Shown: positions 53,602-64,000 of the stretch, piece by piece
How positions within the stretch are numbered: position 1 is the stretch's first letter
Layout of the letters: the number at the start of each line of letters is the position of its first letter
Source of the DNA: Marsupella aquatica
Lineage: Eukaryota > Plantae > Marchantiophyta
Direction: 5' to 3'
Length of the DNA: 64,000 bases
Assembly (NCBI GenBank): GCA_973895155.1
Contig: OZ316892.1
Location: 26,497,233-26,561,232, forward strand
The notes under the pieces: generated by a model
The model's input: the letters and a program-made list of their open reading frames with translations, nothing else
Database searches by the model: none
What the model was told of the DNA's origin: nothing
Position numbers and translations under genes: made by a program

Positions 53602-56388
53602 GTTCTCAAGTAACCACAACAACTTGTAGGACAAAGAATAGGCGCTTACGGAGTGTGTTGGCTGCTTGCCGAGAGTATGGATGATGCAAGTACAATAAAG
53701 CTGGATCAAGAATCCTGAAATGTCATTGCACACTTTGTGTTGGTACCAATAATACCCAAGCAATGAAATTTTAATTTTTGTTTAATTTTTTATTCGTTTG
53801 TTTAGTATTTTGAAAGTAACAACGATGAAGGGGAAAGACAACTATGTGAAATACCACATGCCAAGTCAAAACTCCAAGCATGCGCACAAAAGATGTCTTT
53901 TCCTTCAAGTTGTTACATTCCTATTTCAATCTATGTGAAACCTATAGTTTATATATCATTTGTAAATGTTGTGGAAATATTTACAAGGAATCCAGATATC
54001 CATGCAGAGTACCACATGCCGAGCAGAAACTCCAAGCATGCGTACATGAAAATCTCTATCCTAGAAAATACTCCACTCAATTCACAAATCACACTAAACT
54101 GTTAAGGCGATACTAGGTTCTCTCATACAAAATACCACATGCCGAGCATAAGCTCCAAGCATGCGCATACGTGAGAACACTAATATCCCTCCAAATTAAA
54201 ACTAAATGTTAAAGTCATACATGGCAAAGCATAGCCAAAAACAATTCAAAACAATTCAAAAACTAGTGAACTAAACTCAAAACTAAGCAAAACATAAGCA
54301 AAAGCAAGAAAAGCTTACCAAAGGCCTCTCCTACAAAACAAGCAAACTTAGTAATGAGAAGTTAGTAATGAGAAAAAGTGAGGAGACCTCCCCACTTTGT
54401 AGTCCCGGTCCCGCTCTGCCCCCCCCCCACCTTGCAAGCTGACCCCGGGTAGCCGAGCCCGATCCCCCCCTGGCGGCAGCCCTCCTCTCGCGCGACCTAA
54501 CCCTAAAGCCCCCATATATCTTTAAACTAATCAGCTTTCCATGCCCTCCATATACTGGTGGACTGATTGAACACTAGTTGAGGGAGAGAGACCCCCATGC
54601 CATTCAATGCAGTTGAACGAAATTTCAACTAAGGGAGGGTGTGACAGAAATTCTAGCCTCTTAGAATGAGGGGGAAGCTTTTCAGCAGCTACGGAATGCC
54701 TTCTCATGACAATCGATTCGAAAATACTTGTACCCTTGAAACAGATAAAATACACTTTGCGAGAGGCCAGGGCACTTTTTTGGTCAAACTCTGCGAACGA
54801 GCTTCATTCAGGCACGGGCAGCAAACTCCTCAAATAATTCTCTAATTCCACCCCATTAGAAAATACTAGCCACAATTGGATAAAATTAGCCAGGTTTTTT
54901 ACCCCAGAGCCAGTTTTCCACCTCGCCACACCCCATTAGCCAGAATACAATCTGACCATCATCCTTAAATCTAATGAGATCTATGGGAGGTAAAATTTCA
55001 TAAAGAATTTTCTTAGCATCTGCTACTTCGCACCAGGTGACATTGGGCACTGTGGCTAAAACGAAAAACCTTTAACCCTACACTGTCGCAGATCCAATTG
55101 ATGGTCGTCAGAGAGCCGCCATTGCAAACTTTCTTGCATCAATTTCCGTTGGTTTTCTTCGGATCAGAGGTGGCGTTGCCAACAGTCCACTCGCTCGGAG
55201 TGATGGCCGATGGAGCGGTTATTCCATTCCTTCATTAGCTTTTCTCAGTGGAAAGTTCCAACTAGTTAGAAAGCAGTGGTGATCGAAACCAAATTGTTCT
55301 TGCAGTCCAGTGATTGCAAAAACAATGTCCCAGAGCTTCAAGAGCAATACCATAGTGCAGGAACCAGATTGATTTAAGAATTCACCGCTTCCCAGTGTTG
55401 TGTGGGCAAAAGAAGTTTGCTTTTTCCTGCCCCTGTGCATTATTATATCGTACCTGGCTAGCCACACTCTTTTCCTCTGTCTTCGAGGGCCTCTTGGAGG
55501 TACAGAAGAAACCACAGCCCCCTCGGAGAAGATTGGCCAAGTGCTGGGTGCCGGACATAATTTGATTTGATTGGACTTGCCTGGCCTCGCCTCACAGCGT
55601 AGTAAAGCCCCGGGGAAGCGGAGATCGGAGGAGTTGGTTGAGCCATTCGGTGAGTCTTTCCTTTTCTCGGTCATCAAAGGTCCAGCTGAGTTGAAAGGTG
55701 TGCATTCGAAGTGTATCTCTATCGCTTTCTTTCGAATTTCAGTTCGGACAAGTTTAGTAGGTCAAAGCTCTTCATCATAACTTAACTTCATTTGACTGCT
55801 CCCTTTGGTTGTACCATTTTGGTCTGCTGTTTTGCCGAAGATTAAGTGGGATCTTCCAGTGATTTGACTCCCAGGCTTTGGCAGGTAGATGCAAGCGAGA
55901 ATTCAATGCTCCAGCTACTTTCCTGAGGGACACAGAGCCAAAGATTGATTGTCCAATGTTCTACCAACGAATGAAAGACTCATACGGGATAGGAGTCACG
56001 GAGTAATTGATACTGGTCTTTTTGGCGTTCAGTCAGATTTTGCATGGATCGATGGCTGCATCGAGCTTTAGATTGGAGCCAAGGAGGCAGTGACAATGGA
56101 AAGGAGATGATCATATAATGACTTGGTAGATGTAAGCTCTCGACCATTTCGAAAGCAAATTTCCAGAGCAATTGTTTGTGGGCAGCTCGTTGTTTGTTCA
56201 GCCATATCAATGATTTTCATGCCTGGTGGATCCATCATCTGCTGCGTCCATCTTACCAGCCCAATTTGCTCTCGTTTTCTCTTTCCACCTTGTTAGCTAA
56301 ACCGTTGTACTTCGGATTGGACTACTTACCAACTTTTCGTGACGTCCCAAACAGTCCACTCGTAATTGGTTATACACAAACAAGTATT

Positions 56389-59300
56389 ATGGCTGAACCT
56401 CCGTTGGACTCGGTGCTGGGTGTTTGGAACAAGTTGCAAGGAGTATTTACCTCTGCTGCAAGTTCGAGTTTTCAACTGGTTGTACCCGAGCTCGTTCAGG
56501 TATGTGGGAAACCATATCGTTCATTGTTTGTGACCAATGTGGGCCGAAGACCCTACATCTTAAGTCGATAGGGTTCAATGGTAGATGTATGTTCGAATCA
56601 CCTTTTTGGTAGTTCTTTTATCTGTGTCCTATCTGTTGTTGTACACTGGACTAATACACATGCGATATCTTGCAGCTCGATGATATGGTATATGAAGTGT
56701 ACAGGCCCCCACATGAGCAGAAGCCAGAAATCGAGATTGTGTTATTCCACGGACTTCAGCTGAAAGCTTGCAACGAGGCCCACATCACAACATGGATGTC
56801 ACATGACAACTCTGAGTTTTGGCCACAATCATGGCTTGTGGAAGCATTTCCCAAAGCTCGCATCCTAACAGTTTGTTATGATTCCTTCGCCAAACGGACA
56901 AGTGAGAGAGGGAGGCTAGATATGTTCTTGACAAGGGAGAATTTACTGTCGGCACTAACCAGTGGTACCACACAGGTTGGTGAAGCTCAATGCCCAGTAG
57001 TGTTGGTGGGGCATTGTCTTGGAGGCCTCCTACTCAAGGAACTATGCCTACATGCCAATATGACGCTGAGCGAAAAGAGGGATGAAATTCCCGGAATGCG
57101 ACGCATTCACAACTTCTTCAATAATCTGAGAGGCATGTTCTTTTATGGGACACCGCACCTTGGATCATTTCTGGGTGAAAAGCTCCCTGATTGCTTCAAT
57201 GGTTCACTCTTGGCTGAAATTGAGATCCTCAATGCTAGCAGTGCAAGGAAGAATGCAAGCTTTTCGGACTTGAAGTCCCGTTGCAAATGGCTCACCTATG
57301 GAATGGGTGAAACACAAGAAACATTTGTGGTACCCACGTTCTTGGCTTTTTCTTATGAGAAAAGTGTATTTACTTGGCCAGAAATCCCTTAGCTTGATTG
57401 AATCCCCAATGTTTATTAAACTAGCTTGGTAGCCCTTCACAGAAATTTTCTCCATGGATTCTCACTCATTCATTGTTTCCAGTTATACAGACCCCCACCT
57501 TACTCGTTGATAATTCCAACTACGTGGGGGCCTAGTAGCCTGTAAATGAGAACTTTTTTATCTTAACGCTGCTGTTGGCTTTCATGGAATTTTCCCAACT
57601 GTGATGTCTAATACAGAGAATGTTTTGTCATGTAGGATGTCCTCGGAAAGTATCTTCATTTGGTTCCTGAAGCGTCAAGCAGGGCAAACATGGATATCTA
57701 TTATTCTGTTGATGCAAATCATTCTGACTTATGCAAGCCAAAGGAGAAACAATCAAGTCCTTTCTCATTCCTTCAGCGGTTCCTCTGCGAGGTATCATAT
57801 CTTTGGTCCCTGTCAATCATGCAAATTATCTTCCTGGAGCGTGCTTTTAAGTATGCAATGGGAGATTGACGTAAACTTTGTGGCGGTTAAATGTATGTGT
57901 GTGTGAGACCTGACGACAGACTATAGTAGCAAACCTTATTTAATATCGTATGATTTCTTGTCCAGTTCTTTTGCAAGGAAATCCCAATCAAGTCATGAGA
58001 GTCACGTTTAGTCGCTTGGTCTAGATATTGCAAGGTTTTTTAGTAAGAACGTTCCTCTTGGCTTACTACAGAAGAGTCCTTCTTTGCTTGTGACATAGCA
58101 ATTATGCAACTGTAGATACGTGCAGAGTATATCCTTCGATCAGGAGATGCGGCCGATGCTGTTAGTCGGCGAGGGTATGTTGTTGACTTTAGAGGTCGCA
58201 CAAGAAAAGTCATAAGCATGTTAGCCGATCCCAATGCACACACCATCTTCATTGTTGGGCTCAGCGGCATCGGAAAGACCACGTTAGCACAACAGGTGTT
58301 CCATGACATCTCTCACACCTTTGCAATCACATGCTTCATAAATCTGGACAATTTTGAAGCAAGTTCAAGCAGCAGCGAAGAGGTTTTGAGAAAGATTGAA
58401 ATTGCGTTGAAACGACAAGGCGAAGGATCACATTATGACCATTTCAATGTGCCTCATTTCTTGAAGGGGAAAAACAATTTGATCGTTCTGGATAATGTGC
58501 AGTCAGAGGTCCAGCTAGATGCTTTGGGCAGAGAAATCTGGCTACACGGGAGCGACAGTAGGCTAGTTGTGACCACAACCAATTCTGGCCTTGGCTCCCA
58601 GTCAAACACTTACAATGTGGATTTCTTGGACGACGACGAATCGCGAGAATTGTTTTGTCATTATGCATTTCAAAACAGGGCCAGACCGGAGAGGCTCGCA
58701 AATCGTCTTCAGCAAGTAATACAGAGATGCGGAAATTTCCCGTTGTCTCTCAAAATCCTGGGTAGTTATTTGAGTACGGAGGACGTGGACGACCAAAATC
58801 TGTGGAGAGATCTTCTTGTCAAGCTGGAAAATGCGGAAGAAGTTTCTAGCGGTCCTGATTACGGACTATGGGCAAGGTTAGGGCCCTGCTACTATGCTCT
58901 TGCGCCTTCAGAGCAAGAAATGTTTTTGGATGTTTCAGTTGTGTTTAGTGGTTATCCGTTGAACTTGGTAAAGTACATGTGGAGTGCATGTCGGCAGTGT
59001 CCAACCATAGGATGGAGGAATTTGGAGCGAGGATTTTTGGTCAGTGAGGATGAAGGAACTATTTGGATGCACGAATTGCTGAGAAATCTAGGTCGAAGTA
59101 TTGCATGTCCTCAAACATCGCCAAATAGCTGTGTTGACAAGTGGAGACGAATTTCTAGCGGATGCTTGGAGAGGGATTTTATTGCCAAGTATCAGGTAAT
59201 TTTACCATTCAGATTATTCCTATTGCTCAAACTCGGCATTCTCCAATGTTTAGAAAGTGTCCGCTCAACAATATATTAGCCTGCGAAGATTTTCAATCAC

Positions 59301-61529
59301 TCAGTGTAATCGACCATGACTTGCTGTTACTTCATGATGCAGGGGTTTATGGAGTCACTTTCGTTGGAGCTTCAAGTGCACGACAACGAAAGGTTGACCT
59401 TGAGAAACACGACACTAGCACAATATGTGAAGCTTGAATACTTGATCCTGGATGGTGTCGAGATGACTGAAGGAAGAGTGGAACTCCCCGGGTCCTTGGT
59501 CTATTTGAAATGGAAGGGTGCATTATTTGAGACTTGCCCCGTGGATTTCAACGGCTTGGGAAATTTGGCTGTCCTTGATCTACAATTCTGCAAAGCCATG
59601 ACACGTCTTCCTCCGAGCGTGGTGATAGCAAAGAAGCTGAAGTGGTTGGAGTTGGAAGGGTGCCAATCCCTCACAAAGCTGCCCGAAGGTCTGTATGAGT
59701 TTAGTGATCTCGAGTACTTGGGCCTGAGGATGACTGGCGTGAAAAAGCTATCCAGCAAGATTGGGCAGTTGAAGAAGCTGAGGTGGTTTCGAGCTGACCA
59801 GACACGTTTGGCACGAGTTCCTGACTCGGTAGGTCGCCTTAAGATGTTACAGACTCTGGATATCAGCAGGACGACTGTGACAGTCCTACCAGAGTCAATT
59901 GGTGATCTCAAGCACTTGACAAGTCTGGATGCCAGCAACACATTGTTGAGCTCATTGCCAGAGTCAATTGGTGATCTCAAGCTCTTGAGAACTCTCGATG
60001 CCGGAAACACATTGTTGAGCTCGTTGCCGGAGACGATAGGTTGTCTCCGAAACTTGCACAAGTTATCCTTGGATCGTACGGGTATGACGAGCCTCCCGGA
60101 ATCATTGGGGAATGTCGTTGGATTACAGGCGTTAAGCTTGAGGTCGACTCCCTTAGACACCCTACCGAATTCTATTTGTTCGCTCCACTCTCTCAAATCT
60201 TTACTTTTGGATGACACACGATTAAGCACACTTCCGGATGCATTTGGAGAGCTTGAGAGCTTGAAAGAGTTGTACCTACAGGGCTCAAGGGTGAGGTCGT
60301 TGCCGGAGACATTCCACAAGCTCTCTAATTTGCGTCAATTACGATTGACACTCTCGACAATTTTGAATGATGGAACACATTCATCAGGCTCAGGGACACA
60401 CTCCACAATTTCACGCAGCCGCCAAGATTTGGGTTTTTCGGTCAAGTTCGGCATGCGCTACATTCGTAAAGACCGAATGGAAGAGATCCTTAGACTCGAA
60501 GAAGAAGAGCAGATACCAGCTATGGGCCCCGGTTTTCTCCCCCCTAGAATTCCGTTCCAGAGAGTTGTTTCCCTGGAAATTGTCGGCAACTATTGGAGCA
60601 AATCTCTGCTTCCAACTCTTTTTAATACATTGAGAACAATGAACAAACTAAGCGACTTGACTTTGGAGTTGTTCCATGAGGTAGAGGCACTCCCTTCTGA
60701 AATAGGAACGCTAACTCATTTGGGAATCCTTACAATTAGATCTTGTCAGAGACTGCGAGAGTTACCTGATTCCTTGTGCTTGCTCAAGCGGCTGAGTACG
60801 CTAAGGTTAATTAACCTGCCGAGGCTGCGCAGACTCCCGGACGGTCTAGACTATGCCAAGGTCGGTTTTGCTTTGACTGTAGTAAATTGTGGAAGCGTGC
60901 AGAGCATGCCCAGGTCTTTTGGGCACGAGTCCCCTTTGATAAGAGATTCCTCTGCAGTGTGTGCCGACGGATGTGGAAACTCCGACTCCAACCCCACTAT
61001 GTATATTGATAGGTCGGAGGCCATTAAAATTGAGACCGACTCGTGGATGCTCCTGCGATGCCTGCTAGAATGTACGGGTCAAGGCTGCAGCTACAGCATT
61101 ACTTTCCTCCTCAAGTGTGAGGAGATGGAGCTGGTGACGAAGATAGTGGACTGGGAAGAAGGGGAAGGGGAAAGGAGTGTGGACGGGATAGTGGACTGGG
61201 AAGACTGGTACGGGGAATGGAGTGTGGACGGAAAGGTGGCTACGACGGTGTTGAGGAAGCTGTGTTTCGAATGGCAAGCACGAGATGACGGGCTGCATGG
61301 AGGCTTCAGGCCCTCCACAATCTGGCCCCCTTTGAACCCCGGGTCAAAAACTAAAATATATTTACGGTGCTTAGAAGTGTATAGTCCACATGCAGTATGT
61401 AGGATCCACAATATTTTCCAAGTGAGAGTGCTGGACATGGACGAAGACGACCATGAAGGCAAAGAGGAAGACAGTGACATAGAAGATTCGGATGAAGACA
61501 CAGAAGATGAAGACACAGGAGGACAGTGA
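56389..61529 (+). CDS. Alpha/beta-hydrolase-NB-ARC-LRR receptor (HNL), ~1395 aa; exons 56389-56499, 56676-57329, 57636-57791, 58116-59195, 59343-61529
   Basis: All four introns GT-AG, phase 0, frames consistent. Hydrolase VLFHGL/GHCLGG/YGTPHLGS/ANHSDLCKP; P-loop GLSGIGKTT; Walker B LIVLDNV; MHE; LRRs. Confidence 0.92.
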
Positions 61530-64000
61530 AGACGATTCGGACATCATTGAGTTGGCCCAAGACGTAGAGGACCAGCATAGGAACCAAAGTGACGATGAGG
61601 AGATAATTGAATGATAGGCCAAATGCTTGGTACAGGTCTGAGGCTTCTCCTTCCCTCTCGTGTGAGCAGACACTGCCTCCAGCACCACTCTTCTCCATTG
61701 GCAATGACTGGTGTAGCCACATTGCTCAACTCAAATTCGGGTGTGTAACTTGAGAAATATTCAGTGTCAGGTACGTTATTCCCGACATGTTCAAAGCGGT
61801 TGGAGGGGTCATTCTTGTAACATTGAGATTGTAGTTGAAGTGATTTGTGCTATAGTTATTCCTTTATGAGGCACTTGGCATTCTCTCTCTGCTACAATGG
61901 CAATATCACACTGTAGTCATGCCCTGTTAAAGAGTGGCTCCAGCTCCTGCTCCTGGCTCCTGCAGCTAAAGTTGGATGCATTTCTGGATGACGATCTAAT
62001 CTTGTTGCTTTGGAATTTTGCAAAATGAGACATTGGTAATGGGCGAAAGCAGAAAAGCACCATTGTTCTAATAGAATGACAGAATGACCGCAAGTTCTAT
62101 GACAATTTCATTCGACAATCCAACACGGTCTCCCTCCAGAAGAGCTAAAAGACACTCTTAAGACCTCATCAGTTTATAAAGCACATAAACTTTTACCGAA
62201 AATGTAACCAAATTTGCAAGAGGGAGGAGTTCAGTCCAGGCAAGACATTCCAAAATGTGACTTCCATGGACAACTAACAAATCGTTGCGGGAGCCCTCGT
62301 CGACAATCACTTTGAGTACGACTGCTACAAACAAGGGTAGCATCTGGACAAAGAAGAGTATAGGTCCATGTTGTCCAAAAACAGTAAATGGATACATTGT
62401 TTGAGCTAAAGTAAGTGGAATCTTTAATTCAGCATCTACCGAATTGTTAGGGCCTCACATTCTGAGACACCTGGCCGATGTCTGTTCGGGAGCTTTGGAA
62501 TTGTCTCCATCGTCTTCCTCTTCGTTGTCATCATCCTCTTCATCTTGTTCCTCATCATCTCTTCATTGTCATCATCGAGGTCAGCATGCCGTCTCGTTCT
62601 GGAACTTCTACTCAGGTATTCCATCTAATTGCATTCAGTTCGGCAACAGCAAACATATCGTGAGTAAACATATTGTTAGTAATGTAGTTCATACCGGATG
62701 CTCAAAAAACTTTGAGGAGCTCTTCAACGAGCTTAGGAGTCACTCCAGGTCCAACAAAGAAAATGGAGAGCAGGAGTTATTTTTAGGAGCACAAGTCTAA
62801 CAGCACTCTAAGAAAGACAAAAGGAGAGCAGCGGCTAGGAGCACGAGTCGAACAGTCGGTGTAAGAAAACAAAGAATACATAACAGCGAGGACAAGTCCG
62901 ACCGCGAGATTAACACGGCAGCACAGGGAGGCCACAACGATGATGCCTGTAACAAAGCAATTGCAAAGCAGACCTCAACCTAAGCCCTATAGTGCACATA
63001 GAAGATTCAGGGGACATCGAAAGGTTGAGCAACACATACATTTTGATGAAGCAACTAGTGTAGAAACATATCTTCAAGAAAGTCGTCTGCTTCATTGTAG
63101 AAGAGGAGGTCCATGGGGAGTCGATCCATATGCATTAACTCTGACTGACACATTGCCATATCTATGATTTCCCTGACCACTACTGTCAGCAACGTTTGCA
63201 TTCAAAACAGGAATATATGCCATGTTAATTTATCAGTTTGAATTCAAAACCAACAAAACATCTCGTGTTGATTTATCTGAGTCAGACATCTACACTGAAG
63301 TGGTTTGGTTGGGCACATCCAACAAGTGGTTCTGTAAAGTGCCTCTAATATGCCATGTTAATTACCTGAGTCGACAGCTACACTGAAGTCGTTTGGTTGG
63401 GAATATCCAAGTCATTAAAATTCAGAGATGTTTTGTGTCTTGGCGTCGGGATATAACCTTCGGATAACTAATTCTCATCCCATAAGCTTTCACCCACTAT
63501 GCTGACCTCGCACTGCTTTTCCGCCTGGGAGGATGATTATGGTCATCGATCCTCGTCAGATTCAGTCACCCTAAACCTTGCCCTGAGGCAACACATCTTC
63601 AACTATAACATCCGGAGAACGTGCACGATGCACTTGAATTCAAGAGCATTATAAAGCATTGAAGATAGAGAGGATTTTCTTGCAAATCACATCCAGCGGA
63701 CAAACAGACGCAAAGGTGTGAAACTTCTTCGCATAACCAGATCATTTGTACAGCTTTGAAGGAACGAAAGGGACTGTTCTGTTTCTAAGTAATCTGCGGT
63801 ACACTGAACAGGGGGAATTACTATTACAATTTAGATGCGAGACACATGTGGTGACCCACGACGGCGGCACAGAATGCTGACGCTGTCCCTGCCTTTCTCT
63901 ACGACGCAGAAGTCCTGCACATTAGGTTCAGAAATTTTGACCATTAGAAACAGGAAACTGTGCCTGAAGACGACTAAAGAATGGATGAATGCAGGAGACT

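Larger units (their letters stand above)
46148..54170. mobile_element. Composite hAT-type element: transposase plus two convergent cargo genes within inverted subterminal repeats
   Basis: Three copies of gcatg(c/t)ttggag..ctcggcatgtggta-like motif at 46148-46476, inverted as three copies of taccacatgccgag..actccaagcatgcg at 53850-54170. True termini and TSD not found. Confidence 0.6.

Noticed and set aside
53850-54170. Spaced ~35-bp repeats resembling a CRISPR array
   Set aside because: Eukaryotic context, only three degenerate copies, irregular long spacing, no cas genes; inverted counterparts at 46148-46476 fit TE subterminal repeats.
59501-60319. Long antisense ORFs over the LRR exons (also 1047-1952)
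   Set aside because: Shadow frames of repetitive LRR codons; no independent motifs.
62440-63170. Possible minus-strand gene downstream of the NLR (acidic stretch; paralog at 3930-4520)
   Set aside because: No consistent open frame or recognisable domain in either copy; at most an old pseudogene.

Overview
Eukaryotic, intron-containing plant DNA, most likely a liverwort/bryophyte (inferred from alpha/beta-hydrolase-NB-ARC-LRR genes). The window is a rearranged NLR cluster. It holds one complete 5-exon hydrolase-NLR (56389-61529), one 5'-truncated paralog (1-3105) and one inverted, truncated pseudogene (27064-24846). These are interleaved with three copies of a segment carrying an intronless, secreted, fungal-type six-bladed beta-propeller gene (one intact, two frameshifted). 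Mobile DNA: a full-length Copia element with 476-bp LTRs and AATTT TSD, solo LTRs, MITEs, an ~11-kb CACTA (En/Spm) element, and a hAT-type element with protein-kinase and coiled-coil cargo. Most notable: the CACTA element carries an intact SET-domain exon inside the first intron of its transposase, and that exon is splice-compatible with the transposase's first exon. All calls were made by eye; no database searches were run.
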